64,000 nt of DNA from assembly GCA_964270895.1 (NCBI GenBank), contig OZ185438.1; one strand, written 5' to 3'. A program made the position numbers and the translations under genes. This document shows positions 52,035 through 64,000 of this stretch, one piece after another. Within the stretch, counting starts at the first letter, position 1; every line of letters starts with the position of its first letter. The DNA comes from Podarcis filfolensis (lineage: Eukaryota). The notes beneath the pieces were generated by a model. It did not search any database and was not told where the DNA came from. It saw nothing but the letters and a program-made list of their open reading frames with translations.

Positions 52035-52776
52035 GCACACACACCAGCAACACAATGCAAGAACATATTTTTGCCATTCTTCACTAAACACTGTGGAACT
52101 GGAACAGTTGTGGCTGCCGCATAATGGTTGTTCCACGGCTGTAAGAAATCAGCCTTTTAGTGTGGCAACACCGACAACCTTGGGACGTCCTGCCTATGTG
52201 AGTCATGCAGGCGCCTTTGCTGTAAGATTTTTGGGCCCCACTTAAACAAATTTAGTTTAGGCAAGCCTATCTATCCAGACATGTAGACGCTGAAATGCTT
52301 TAATCTTTTTTTAAAAAAAAATTCCATTCTTTAATTTTTTTGTTTTTTTTTACTGTAAGTTTTATTATTCCATGTAATCTGCTTGAGAGGTTTTACGACA
52401 ATCAAGTGGTATGTAACTTTTGCTAAACAAATAAAATAAGCAAATAGGCAAAATCTTGAAACCAAAATGTTTTGATTGACGGAACGTGTGGGCCTGCTTC
52501 TTTACACAATGCGGTTCCACTGTGGATTTCCACAACTGTTCTTTCTGCCTATAATCTTAGTTTTATGAGAATGCTTAACAGAGGTTTTGTTGGTGTTTAT
52601 CAGCTCTTATAGTAAATATAAGGAAATAAATCACAGTACAACAAGCCACCTGGGAGGGGGTTGTGACTTCATAGCTTAGTTAACTACAGCACTAGCTTCT
52701 TGTCAGGAGTTTTCTGCATTGCTTAAGGGAGCCCTATATTCATTTTATAGTTTCCGCTACAATTATTTAAGGTTCT

Positions 52777-52779
<3 letters not shown>

Positions 52780-52828
<49 letters not shown>

Positions 52829-52848
52829 CATATATATATATACACACA
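52780..52848. repeat. (TA)n microsatellite
   Basis: Direct reading. Confidence 0.97.
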
Positions 52849-53469
52849 CCCCATCATATCTTATGAGAGACAACATTGCTCAAGTACTCAGTTGGCCCAG
52901 TGCCAATAAACATGATGAAGACTAATTAATACAGTTCCTAATCATTGTGGCTCTGTGCTGGAATCCTTGCTTTGCAACCTGGAGGACTTGCACTCAACTG
53001 CCCATGAGCCGTAAATCAAGGGAAATATCCCATCTCAGGGCCTGCAAGATGGTTTTGCCTTTCCATGGGACTAAAATCAGAGTGTTCAGATTAGCCTTAT
53101 CCAGTCTGAAAAGCTTGGTTCATCTTTCTGTTATTTTGCAGAATTTATGTAAAACTTAACAACAGTTCTTGACAAACTGTGCTTAAGATGGAAATGGAAA
53201 GAAATGCTTCTGGTCTCTTCCCCACAGCCAATGTGTCCAATTGGTACGGCTTCATCTAAGGCAGCAATTCATATCCGTCAGGACCTGTTCTACTCAAAGC
53301 ATTCAACTTCTCCTTTATGACAACAGAATTCTTTGCAGCTACCATGCATCTGGAGGGCCACAGGTTCTACTCTTAAACTTACACACTTGCATTTAACATT
53401 CTTGGTATACCAGTTCTAAATACCTTTGCTGACATTTCTGTTAAGGAATTCAGAATAATATTCTAATAA

Positions 53470-53470
<1 letters not shown>

Positions 53471-53514
<44 letters not shown>
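53471..53514. repeat. (AAT)n microsatellite
   Basis: Direct reading. Confidence 0.97.
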
Positions 53515-53515
<1 letters not shown>

Positions 53516-56056
53516 TAATATCGCAGCTCACGAAGTTCTATTGTTAAATATTCTTTATCCTGAGTATTTATTTGCTAGTCTTGCAAATCTTAGGATCAGT
53601 CCATTACCTCAAATTAATCAATGTCATCTAGGATTCTAGGCTGGGCTTTTCTTTTCTTTTAAATGTTTTCATTTACAACAATCCAATAGACCAAGGCTCA
53701 GGTGGAATCACTAACAACCTGAACATTGCCTGCTTCAAGGCAAGACTTATTTAAAGGAATGTGGGGTAAAAAATATAAAACCCAACAGTACTAAAAAAAT
53801 CTTCCCCCTTCACAATAAGGATGATTTTCAAATGTTAGGTTCTTCAGAGCAAAACAAACTGCATTGTCTCCTAGTCTTTAGCTATACTCAGACTGGTTAC
53901 TTAAATCAGGGCTACGTTATTGAGCTTAACCCGGGCAAATGGTGTGTTCTTGCATATTCCTAACAGAGCAACTGTTGAAAAATGACAGCCGATTTTGGGA
54001 CTGCTCCATTTTTTTATTATACAGCTGACTTAAAGGTGGGTGCAAAGATATAGCACAATCTATGGTGGTGAATTCTCCTTCACAAGTCTGAATGAAATAA
54101 ACCTGATCCACACAAGAGTGCAGCCGTTTTCTTCTATAGCTTCCACTTCTGCAAAGTTTGCTTGGGAGACTCTTCTATGGCGCTACATCCCATATTTAGC
54201 CACCTAATGACCAAAATAGAAACTATCAAGAATAATAATGAAGCAGTAAGACACTTACTGCTGCCCTCCAACAACCCAAGACGTTCTTCTCTTGATAACA
54301 ATGTATAAAACATGCCAAGTTCTCCCGCAGAAACACCATTGAACTAAAAGGAGTTATGCAATAGCTTCTTCATTTATTTCAATGGGGTTTGTGCACTTCA
54401 AGGGGACTGTGCTATTTGCCAGTATTTTAGGACTACTAACCATAAACTGATGAATGGCCTGAGCAAAACCTTTTGAAAACAAAACTATCTGTGGAGATTT
54501 GCATCATGAATTGCAACACTCAATGAAAACCACAGTAACAGTGTACCAGTTTTGATCTATAGCCCAATACTGATGGTTCTAATCGCGTATCAGCACAGTA
54601 CTTTTATGAAACGGAGAATCTAGCGTTCATATCAAGCCTTGACGGGTAAACCAACATCCATTTAACTACTCACTGGGAAGTATTGACACCTCAAACCATA
54701 TAGTCACCTTTCCATTGGTTAAAATGAAGGTTGCCTAGTTGCTGCTGACAAAGAACATTCAGGATCCCACTAGCTTAGAGAGCACCTTTATTTCGGACTG
54801 TATTTATTGATAAGGCAAGAGTTCTGTACCATTTGAAAGCTTGCTGATCTACCAGTGAAAGAAGGTGCTGTCTGAATCACTTTGGATCTTATCCATCCCT
54901 CATCACAATCCAATTATGCATCATTAAAAATAGCAAATCCACATTTACAGTTGTGATGCAATTAAAACTGTAAGTCAAGTGTTTATCCTCTCTCTTTTTT
55001 ACAATAAAGAAGATACAGAGGAACACTTTGCGTTTAATTTTCCCTCACCCTGAATCCTTGAGTCTCTTGGGTGGTGCTTACATGCTCTGCCAGGTAAATC
55101 GGTTTGGATTTGTGATCTTAATCTCCATTTGACTCCTCAAAGAAGTTAAGACTCATTCTTGTAACAGAGCCCAGGAAATGAAAACTAAAGTGGAACAGAA
55201 GCACTTAACATCAAAATAATGTGAGAAATCTGAGTAACAAAAATAAAAGATGATAAAGAGGGGGAGAGCACAATCTAATCTCAAGTTCTACTGATATCCA
55301 GAGGTTTAACGGTTGGTGAGTGTCATGATTCTGTTGTTGTTGTTGTTATCTGGAAGGAAGTGCATAAATGACTGTGGATGTTATTTTAGGAGCCTAAGAT
55401 GCTTTGAAATACTTCTGAAGGAGATATCTGTGTGAAGATTTCCCCCTCAAATGTCTTTTAAGGGATTTATTGAGTGTTCTGGGGACCATTACTTCAACAA
55501 GATACTTCCTAAGTGTGGGCTTTAAATACAGTGCCTTGTTATCCAAGATACGTCCAAAAGTCAAGATGCAATTTTGAGAAGCATAACATACAGCTGGGGA
55601 AATGACTCAAGCTAAAGAATGGTCACCATTCACCTCTCCTGGCACAAACCTATTAAAAAGTATCTTGCCCTGTTCTCTTGACTATGGCCCCTGTGATCAG
55701 CCCAAACAATCCACCAAAACGCAAGAGAATATAATGCCAACAACCAATATGTGCTTGACAGCTAAAGCCTTAGACAATTGATGCAATGAAAACTAAGCGC
55801 TAAGGAGCCACTGCAAAACACGCTAGCTTAACTACCGGTCGCTTCAGTGCGACTGTCATTAAATAAAAGGTTTCTTTGGCTTTAGTACCAGTTTGAACCT
55901 TCCCTCCCCCATTTCTTATCTGCTGCAGGACTGGCAGCTAGCCAGCCCCAAGCCACATAGTACCTTAGTGCCATCTACAGGCCGATCCTGACATTCTAAT
56001 TTAGTGGCAAAAGACAAGCACCAGTGAAATGAATTAGACAGCACCGCATTTAAATC

Positions 56057-56288
56057 TTTATTAGCAAGGAATTATTTGACCTAGGAAACAATACCCCCAC
56101 CCCACCCCCCCAAAAAACCCTAATGCTGGATTTGGTTGAAATACGAATTTTCCTAACATCCTAATCCTTTTTTCATATGTCATGTTTCACAGCTTAAAAA
56201 TGAGTAATGACAGATCACTTATGCACTATAGTATGAGAACATATTTACAATGGAGTGATTTCTCTCTCTGCATAATTCATGTTTTATT
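56057..56288 (-). terminator. Candidate poly(A) signals of the read-through PCDH9 isoform
   Basis: AATAAA on the minus strand at 56288-56283 and 56062-56057, about 0.7-1 kb after the stop. The second is followed by a U/GU-rich tract. Confidence 0.45.
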
Positions 56289-57014
56289 CAAAGCAAAATG
56301 CATTCGTTCTGAAAGTGTACTTTGGCCATTTAAAAAAAAAAACACAAACAAAACAAAAATCCTCTTGTCTAACAGACACACAACTTTACTACTGTACAAC
56401 AAAAATCGTTGTAATTCAAAACAGAGGAAGACTTCCTGATAGCTTAGTTATAGCCTGCCAAACAAACACAGTGCAACACAATCTTTGAGCCTTTGTGAGG
56501 ACAAAAATTAACCCCCTGAACGACAATAACTTACAAATGTTCCAAATCAGTTTGAAATAAACAAAAACAAAAGAAACTTAAGCCAGCCTCGTGTGTAACC
56601 AACTTTTCTTTTATCAGAAGCTAACACATTTAATCCTGAAACGTTCAATATATATGTAGATATATATTTTCCCCTTTGAGTTGAAATTGGCAGACTGAAA
56701 AATATGTTTTCTTCTTCAGTAAACCTCTATACTAAGATGTTCTTGACAAACTTCACACAATTGCCTTTAACCTCTGACTAGGTAGGTAGGTGTCCGTGTG
56801 AATGCATGAATGAACTTGTACGTGAGTGTGTGCATGTCATTCTTTCTAAAACAAAAAAAGTTGGCAACTTACAACTTTGGACCATCATATTCATTCTAAA
56901 AATGCATAGTCCTGCCCCAGAGAGATACTAAAGGGGCAGGTATTTCCCCCGCTTTGCTCTATGCATATTATAACTAAGCTAAAATTACAGTGAAAGAAAA
57001 TATATCCTGGCACT

Positions 57015-60000
57015 TTAGTNNNNNNNNNNNNNNNNNNNNNNNNNNNNNNNNNNNNNNNNNNNNNNNNNNNNNNNNNNNNNNNNNNNNNNNNNNNNNNNNN
57101 NNNNNNNNNNNNNNNNNNNNNNNNNNNNNNNNNNNNNNNNNNNNNNNNNNNNNNNNNNNNNNNNNNNNNNNNNNNNNNNNNNNNNNNNNNNNNNNNNNNN
57201 NNNNNNNNNNNNNNNNNNNNNNNNNNNNNNNNNNNNNNNNNNNNNNNNNNNNNNNTCAGGCTTAAGATGGAAAGCGGACTGTGGCGAGGCAGATTTGTAA
57301 TGCTTAGCAAGATCAGGGCTGTTAGGCTTAAAGGTGGTGGGTGGGGCCGTGCCCCAGTCAAATCTTCCTATACTTTGCTCCTCCAGCTCAGCTGGAAGGC
57401 TAATGGTCCCATTGATAGGTTCATGAACGGCATCCTCCGGTTTGGATTCCTCAATGGTAACAAAATTCAACAGGGAACTCTTGGGAGACTTCCTTTTCTT
57501 CCGCTTCTTTTTCTTGTTCTGTTTGTTCTCCTGATTGGGAGACATCCACTCGGCCCCTTGCTTGCTCCTTTGGGCAGCTTTGAAGCGGGAGGCGTGGCGG
57601 CAGCGGACCAGAACAGTGACAAAGATCACCACAATGACCACCATGGCACCTGCCACAATAGCAATCATGATGGTAAGGTAGTCCTCGTTTTGATAAGGCT
57701 GGCTGCTGTCCCCGATGTTCCTGTCCAAAGGTGTTTCCATAGTCCTGCGGATCAAGTCATAAATATAAGAGGCGTTTCCAGCCGTGTCATTGACGTACAA
57801 AAACACAAGGACAAGGGTATGCAGAGATTTAGGATAACCCAGGTCACTGATATTGACCACTAATCGATGCAGCCCTACATCAGTAGGAGTAGGTTTTTCT
57901 TCCAGGGTAATGTTACCCGTCACCGGATCAATACGGAACAAACCTTTGTTGTTTCCACTTACGATTGTATATTTCAGCTCAGCGTTCATTCCCGTGTCAA
58001 TGTCAACAGCAAACACTTCAGCCACAACAGAGCCAGGGATAGCAGAGAGAGGCACCAGCTTAAAAGAAGTATTTGAAGGTGGGTAGATGACCACAGGGCT
58101 GTTGTCATTAACATCCATGACATTTATAGTGACTTTTGCGGTAGAAGAACGAGGCGGTTGTCCTCCATCGATGGCCTTGACGTCAAAGGTGTAGGAACTC
58201 TGCTGCTCTCGGTCAAAAGAAACGTTGGACTTTATAACTCCAGAGTAAGGATCCAGAACAAAGTTCTCATTGTCATTCAGGATGGAAAGAGTGACAGCTT
58301 TATTTTCTCCTGCATCTGCATCAGTCACTGTGATCACTCCTACGGTGCTATACTTTGGTAAGTTCTCCGACACAAAAAACTGAAAATGGTTATGAGTAAA
58401 TTTGGGACTGTTGTCATTCTCGTCCAATACTGTAACGATTACAGCAGCCTGACTTTGCAGGGGAGGGGTGCCATTGTCTCGGGCCGTAACAGTAAAAATG
58501 AACCTCTCCTGCTCTTCTCTGTCAAAGACTCGGGAAGCTGTCAAAACCCCTGTCTTTCGATCCAAATCAAAAAAGGAGGCGTTGGGGCCAAGCTGATAAA
58601 CAATGTCTGCATTTTTCCCACTGTCCTCATCTGTGGCACTAATAGTTGTTAAGTACAGACCACGGCGGTTGTTTTCGGAAACGGACAGCTCAATTACAGG
58701 CTGGCTGAAAATTGGAGGGTTGTCATTTTCATCTTCCAGCTTAACTCTTACTAGGGCGGTCTGGTTCAAACTGGGCTTGCCGGAATCGGAGGCAACTATT
58801 TTAAAGCTGAATTCTTTGGTGCCCTCATAGTCCAGCAAGGAAGAGGTCTCTAACAAGTACTGGTTGTCATAAACAGCCTTCAAGTGGAATGGCACTTCTC
58901 TCTCAATGAAACAGATCACTTTGCCATTCACATCAGTATCCTTATCTGAGACCGTAATTAGGGCAATCTTGGTATTGATGGGGTCTTTCTCAGATAAGTA
59001 CACTGTGCCATTGATGGGACTTATAATGTACCTGAGGTCTATGTTAGGGGGGTTATCGTTAACATCAGTCACATTGATGGAAACAGTTGCCCGGGCAGGT
59101 GTAGAGCTACCATCACTGGCCAGCACCGTCACCTTGTGGATGGCAGTTTCCTCTCGGTCTAAGGCCCTCTGAACTGTCACCAGCCCAGTTGTGTTGTTTA
59201 AAGCAAAGAGTCTTTTAGTTGCAGGAGCAACCTGGGCACCAAAAATATATCTGATTTCCGCATTGCTTCCTATATCTGCGTCTGTGGCATGCAGCTGAAT
59301 GACCGAGGTACCTACAGGGGCATTCTCTGGTATGTGAACCTCCATCTGACTCTCTTTAAAAACCGGCCTGTTGTCATTGACATCACTTACTGTGACCTGG
59401 AGGATAGCTGTGCTGGATTTCTGGGGGGTTCCTCCATCCTCGACTTTGATTTTCATCACATAGGTATCTTTGTGCTCCCTGTCCAAGTTCTGCTGCACAA
59501 TCAGCTGAGGCCACTTCTCCCCTTCTGGAGTTTCCACGATATCCAGCCCAAAGACACTTTGCCCATTCAAAAGTTCATAGTGCTGCACCCCATTGAAACC
59601 AGTGTCGGGGTCTGTGGCTGACGGGATCGGAAAGCGGCTGTTGATCAGAGTGTTTTCAGGTATGGAGATGTTGATGACAGGGGAGGGAAACATGGGGGCA
59701 TTGTCATTGGTATCCTTCACAATTATTTTGATCTTGATCAGCCGAAAGAAGTCGTTTGGGAGAATCACCACCTCCAGCTCAAAGAAGCACTCATTCTCTT
59801 CAGCATAGGCAGCTCCTGCACAGAGTCTCTCTCTGTCGATTCTGTTGGAGGTGGTAAAGATCTCCCCTGTGGTGCTGGACACTTTCACCAAAGGGGCATC
59901 CCCTGCTTTGGAGACCAGTCTGTAGACAAGACTAGCGCTGGTTCCTGTGGCGGCATTGATGTGAGAAATGTTCAGATCCTTTGGTATGTTCCCGATGGGG

Positions 60001-60113
60001 ACGTTTTCCGGTAGCTCCTCTCGGATGGTGTAAATAAGTTCTTGAGCCACAGCAGAATCCAGCCTTAAACAGGCAATCAGGGCAGCCAACAGGTAAAAAT
60101 CCCTCAGGTCCAT
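57015..60113 (-). CDS. PCDH9: Protocadherin-9 (delta-1 protocadherin): large coding exon plus intron read-through to TAA (1032 codons, last ~80 hidden by Ns)
   Basis: Protein starts [28 protein letters not shown], the PCDH9 N-terminus as I recall it. It has 7 cadherin repeats (DRE/LDYE, DxNDNxP, DxD motifs), TM helix [25 protein letters not shown] and basic tail [12 protein letters not shown]. Stop TAA at 57017-57015. The canonical exon-2 donor (expected ~57078 by homology) lies inside the N-run; downstream exons of the long isoforms were not seen in the window. Confidence 0.98.
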   Translation of the reverse strand: MDLRDFYLLAALIACLRLDSAVAQELIYTIREELPENVPIGNIPKDLNISHINAATGTSASLVYRLVSKAGDAPLVKVSSTTGEIFTTSNRIDRERLCAGAAYAEENECFFELEVVILPNDFFRLIKIKIIVKDTNDNAPMFPSPVINISIPENTLINSRFPIPSATDPDTGFNGVQHYELLNGQSVFGLDIVETPEGEKWPQLIVQQNLDREHKDTYVMKIKVEDGGTPQKSSTAILQVTVSDVNDNRPVFKESQMEVHIPENAPVGTSVIQLHATDADIGSNAEIRYIFGAQVAPATKRLFALNNTTGLVTVQRALDREETAIHKVTVLASDGSSTPARATVSINVTDVNDNPPNIDLRYIISPINGTVYLSEKDPINTKIALITVSDKDTDVNGKVICFIEREVPFHLKAVYDNQYLLETSSLLDYEGTKEFSFKIVASDSGKPSLNQTALVRVKLEDENDNPPIFSQPVIELSVSENNRRGLYLTTISATDEDSGKNADIVYQLGPNASFFDLDRKTGVLTASRVFDREEQERFIFTVTARDNGTPPLQSQAAVIVTVLDENDNSPKFTHNHFQFFVSENLPKYSTVGVITVTDADAGENKAVTLSILNDNENFVLDPYSGVIKSNVSFDREQQSSYTFDVKAIDGGQPPRSSTAKVTINVMDVNDNSPVVIYPPSNTSFKLVPLSAIPGSVVAEVFAVDIDTGMNAELKYTIVSGNNKGLFRIDPVTGNITLEEKPTPTDVGLHRLVVNISDLGYPKSLHTLVLVFLYVNDTAGNASYIYDLIRRTMETPLDRNIGDSSQPYQNEDYLTIMIAIVAGAMVVIVVIFVTVLVRCRHASRFKAAQRSKQGAEWMSPNQENKQNKKKKRKKRKSPKSSLLNFVTIEESKPEDAVHEPINGTISLPAELEEQSIGRFDWGTAPPTTFKPNSPDLAKHYKSASPQSAFHLKPXXXXXXXXXXXXXXXXXXXXXXXXXXXXXXXXXXXXXXXXXXXXXXXXXXXXXXXXXXXXXXXXXXXXXXXXXXXXXXXX
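57020..57255. other. N-run (236 nt) inside the PCDH9 coding sequence
   Basis: Direct reading; the reading frame is preserved across it. Confidence 0.99.
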
Positions 60114-60243
60114 GATAATGTGTTTATAGCTCCTTCTCAGGGTTTTAGGGTTTCAAGGTTTCCACGATGGAATGCTGCTGCCTCGTTCGCAAGGGGAGGA
60201 CTGCAGGATGCATCACATCAGAGCTCTTGCTTCCAGACAGCCA
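60114..60243 (-). other. PCDH9: 5'UTR part of PCDH9 exon 2, with splice acceptor at 60243
   Basis: Minus strand reads cttcttttttattgttgttgttgtgattgtgttgaCAG|TGGCTG, a T-rich tract plus CAG, 130 nt upstream of the ATG. Confidence 0.8.
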
Positions 60244-61506
60244 CTGTCAACACAATCACAACAACAACAACAATAAAAAAGAAGTGTTATTGACTCATTT
60301 TAACTGACACCAGATGCAACTGCCAAGCCCTGCTCCACGTTTCTGCAACACACTTACAAACACCCGGCACCTGCTTTTCTCCCTTCCTTTCGTTTGTGTG
60401 TGCAAGCAGTTCCTCTCCATGAATGTGCCAGCATACCACACATTCAGAATGAAATTAACTAGTTACAAGATTGATGGGAGAGAAGCCGTTTTCTTCTCTC
60501 TCGTGCACACACATGTTTGTTCAAATCAGTCCATTGAACTGAGCATACCATGCAATGCTTTCTCCTTCCACGCCAAAATTTAGTGGAAGTTCTTTTTTAA
60601 AAAATGCATAGCATGAATTGTATGCCCACTGCAATTTAAAGCATCATGCATCCTGCCTTCTCCCAATTAAATTACCCAGCTACATTTTCCTCCCCTTCCT
60701 CTTGCTTGTGTGTTTTATCCTAGGCTAGTGCTGTAAGATGGTCTAGGATCTCTTAACGATTCAGACAAACTGCTCACACTGCTGCTTCTGCAGTAGCTCT
60801 CTGGCTACTTCCCATCTCTATTAACTAAGGAAGACAATAACAGGACCTCTAGTTTCTTCCCCAGAGCCAACCAAAATGTCACCTTTTCCAGATGTTCCAG
60901 TGTGCCAGTGTATGTGACTTGCATCTGCCGGAGAAGGTTCAACTTCAACATAAACAGAAGATTTGGGGAGCAGGCAGCCTTGAACCAACTCAGAAGCAGC
61001 AAGCCAGATGTTTACAAAGAAAATGCAGAAAGATGCTGTTGGGGGTTGGTTTGTTTTTTGTTATGAGGGTTGTATGGGGGGGGTGATGCAGTCAGTGACA
61101 CTCGGCTGCCCCTCCGGATGTGTTATTAGCAGCAGCTGCCACACATAAATACTGCAGTCTAATAGTGCTGCTTAAGAAAGAGAGAGAGAGAGAGACTTCT
61201 GCTCAGATGCCCTTATGGGAGCAAATAAAGCTCCAGGCGTCCTTATAAGATTGGGGGAGGGGGAGGCGGAGAGAGTTTGGTCAGAAGCACTGATCTGACA
61301 TCTGCATTAAAAGCTACGCGTTGATATCCGTGATCCTTTCCATTACACTGATGCAGGCAGGTAGGGGCTGCAGAGCCAGCAAACTCAAGCCCAAAGCAAC
61401 GCGGAGATCCCCCCTCCCGTCGGAATAGATATTAAAATCAATTTTATTTTTTAAAAAATGCCTCCCCTCCCAAAAAAGAGAGAAGCATATGGAACTTTGC
61501 ACTTAC

Positions 61507-62296
61507 GTTGCCGCTTTTTCGTGTGCCGATGAACTGCAGCAGCAGCAGCCGAGGAAGGATCCGATCTCCCAGGACCAAGACACAGAGGAAGCCCCGCGCA
61601 AGGCATCGGGCACCCAGGTAGCCACCAAATTCGTCTTTTTTGGAAGGAGAGGAGAGGTGGAAGGGGAATCAGCAAGCAGCCGGCCAGGCAGGCGCTTCCT
61701 CCTCCAGAGCAGAGGTGTTGTTCCTCGGTGGCAAATTCACAACTCCAGAGAACAAATTCACAGTTCCGTCCGGGTTCGCCATGCTTCTCTCGGCGCGTCT
61801 CTCTCGTCCTCCCTCCACCTTGTCTCCCGCTCTGCCCCTCCCTTATTTACTTGCTCTTCCTCCTTAATCTGAGGATGACGAGGAGGATGCTGATCAAAGC
61901 GATGCCGATCCCTCTCGCGGCGGCGCAGGCGACACCGCCGGCTCCCCAGCCCCGGCCGAGGCGGCCCCGCAGCCCGGCGCTGAGCGCACAGCCCGCCCGG
62001 CGCGCTGCTCCTCCGGATCAGGGCATGCCCCGCTCTGCCCGATGCCCGCGCCGGGCGCTGCGCTCGCCTTCCGCGCCGCCACGAAACTGAGCGCGCAACT
62101 TCTTTCCGCAGAGCCCTCGCCTTGCCCGGGACCTCCTGGCGGGGGCGAGGCTGGCTGGCCGGCGGGCTGACCCGGCGCGGGCTCTTGCTCGGCCGCGGAG
62201 GCGAGGCGAGGCGGGCGGCGCAGCTTCTCCTCCCGTCTCCGGCGCGCGCTCCTTCCTTCGCTCGCTGGCTCTCCCCTTCCTCGCTCGCTCCGAACT
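61507..62296 (-). other. PCDH9: PCDH9 non-coding exon 1 (3' end well supported, 5' end approximate)
   Basis: Consensus donor GGCAAC|GTAAGT at 61507/61506. The exon lies in the CpG island. An Inr-like CCAGTTC (A at 62296) is only a tentative TSS. Confidence 0.6.
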
Positions 62297-62700
62297 GGGT
62301 TTCTTGATATAACTCTCAATAAGCCCACAGGGAGGGCGGGCGCAGAGCCTGCATGGCCCTCCCCCTCCGCCGAGCCGGATTGGCCGGCGGCGCGGGGGCG
62401 GGGCCGAGGGCGGGGCCAGCGCGGCGACGGGCAGCCGGGCGCGCGGGCCAGTTGCTCCGGCTCGGCGGGCCGGGCGGCGGTGGTGGCGGCGGGCGGCGAG
62501 GCTGCCCTTGTGCAGAATGGCTGGTCGGGCGGCGGGATGAGGCGCACGGGCGCCCGCTCAGGCGGCTGTTTTCAGCCAGCTCTTTTCCTTTTTCCTGATT
62601 GTTTCCCATTCTTACCTGCCTACCTACATGGGGAAAAAACCTTCAGCTCCTCTGAGCGCGTGCAGAGTACCCTTCGCCTCGGACGGCGACATGGGGGGCG
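61890..62700. promoter_or_regulatory. CpG island / PCDH9 promoter
   Basis: Very GC- and CpG-rich compared with the AT-rich window. Multiple GGGCGG boxes and a CCAAT box (minus strand, 62379-62383), directly upstream of exon 1. Confidence 0.9.
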
Positions 62701-63007
62701 GGAAATGGCAGGTTCAAACAAAGCCTGAGTGCAGCCAGGAAGGAGTTGGGAAAGGCTCTGTTGCATTAGCTTGTTGGTGTTAGTGGCTGTGTGAGACCCC
62801 TCTCTGCTACTTCTCCTTGTTAAAACTGGTTTGGTTTATATTTACATAAGAACAGCTTCTCGAATGTCCTTCCATCCCTGCTCTGCTCAGACTTCTTCCA
62901 TAGTTTGAGTACAGCAAGGAGGTAGAGTCAGGGGTGGGACTCAAATGACCTGGGTCTCCTCCAACTCTGCAGTTCTGTGACTCAGATACTAAAAGTTTGG
63001 GGTCTTT

Positions 63008-63430
63008 TCTTGTTGGCATCCATCTGTCTCAGGAGACAAGGGAAGAGTGTGCCTTTGGGGATGAAGTCAAATCGGTGGAGAGGTACAACATCTGCTGTGA
63101 CTGTAGAGACTGATACTGGACAGAGATGTTTTGTTGCAGCCGGGGCAGATGAAGGCGTCCAGTTGTGCTGCTGCAGATGCACCAGGGCATTTCTTCTCTC
63201 TGTGCTCCTCCCAGCTGCCATTCCTCTTCTGGTCACTGCTGTGGACGCACAACCTGTCTGTCTCCAGGCACTGCGGTTTTCTGCAAGGGATGCCCACACA
63301 GCGGGGTTGATGCTGCCAGCCTTCATGTCACATTTGTTAGGGGTCTGAGCCCCCACATTTGACATCTGGAGTGTGTGGGGTGGTTTCCCGCTCACATCCT
63401 TCCTGCTGCACCAACCCAAAGGGCCCACTA
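63008..63430 (-). mobile_element. RTE-clade LINE 3' fragment
   Basis: Frameshifted ORF2 C-terminus (KCDMKAGSINPAVWASLAENRSAWRQ and FICPGCNKTSLSSISLYSHSRCC, a decayed CxxC..SH..C motif) followed by a short 3' tail. Confidence 0.8.
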
Positions 63431-64000
63431 GACTGGTCCTGAAGCCTCCTCCATAGCTTGCTGTGAATGGCAGAGGTGGATTTGGGAGAGCACAACCGGT
63501 TGGTTGGGCGCTGAGCCAAGAGGGTGCTGCAACAATGGCTTAAAACAGAAGAAGGCGGGGGGGGGGGATTTTGGTGTTGCCCAGGGCGCTGTTGAAATTT
63601 TAAAGCCCAGAGTCTTCCACTGTGAGTGAGCATCAGAGGTGTCCCATGGTCCAGCGCAGTGACTGGGATTGGGGCCTGAAGTAGAGACAGCACCTGCTGC
63701 CCTGGGAGCTCTGCCCGCCACTCACTTGCCAGAGTGGGTGACACTGCAGTGGAGCTGCAGGCTGGGGCTGGACCCACCTTGTCAGAGGGCAAGCGATTGG
63801 AAGTAGCGGCTCCTTTGCTCACCCAAGCAGGCAACAAGCAGTGGAGGGGTGACAAGGGGCTGCTGCCTTCATTTGTCGTCCCCCCCCCATCTCTTTGGGT
63901 GGAGCTACAGTTGGCATCGGATGCTGCAGCTTCCCCAAAGGGAAGAGACCACTTTGGCTGCTGCCCCCCTGCTGATGCAACCATGTTGGTGCCAGAGGCA

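Noticed and set aside
57267-59808. Plus-strand ORFs up to 198 aa overlapping PCDH9
   Set aside because: Antisense shadows of a real coding exon; no recognisable protein.
62307-62312. TTATAT as a TATA box
   Set aside because: Non-consensus, and only ~11-16 nt from the Inr-like motif; the spacing does not fit.
61489-62728. Many Arg/Pro/Ala/Gly-rich ORFs (up to 217 aa)
   Set aside because: Expected from stop-codon scarcity in a CpG island.
1-64000. CRISPR arrays, rRNA or genuine tRNA genes, prokaryote-type systems
   Set aside because: None seen; this is vertebrate intronic DNA, and the repeats are microsatellites or transposons.

Overview
Vertebrate DNA from a squamate, probably a lacertid lizard (inferred from the repeat families). 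The window holds the 5' end of protocadherin-9 (PCDH9) on the minus strand: a CpG-island promoter (~61.9-62.7 kb), non-coding exon 1 (GTAAGT donor at 61506), and the giant coding exon 2 (acceptor at 60243, ATG at 60113). Exon 2 encodes a signal peptide, 7 cadherin repeats, a TM helix and the start of the cytoplasmic tail. Reading through its donor gives a 1032-codon short isoform ending at TAA 57015, with the last ~80 codons hidden by an N-run. The remaining ~57 kb is PCDH9 intron with many transposon fragments (Tc1/mariner and hAT MITEs, CR1, L2, L1, RTE, tRNA-derived SINEs, Penelope) and microsatellites. The most interesting signals are: (1) a candidate unannotated alternative last exon (~14790 to ~12500) with an in-frame 46-48 aa tail, a 3'UTR-like body and a strong poly(A) site; (2) a young Penelope-type insertion with a 16-bp TSD carrying a complete minimal hammerhead ribozyme motif in the PCDH9 sense direction; (3) a uORF-rich leader with chained TGATG stop-start overlaps. 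Nearly all other ORFs in the track look spurious or transposon-derived.
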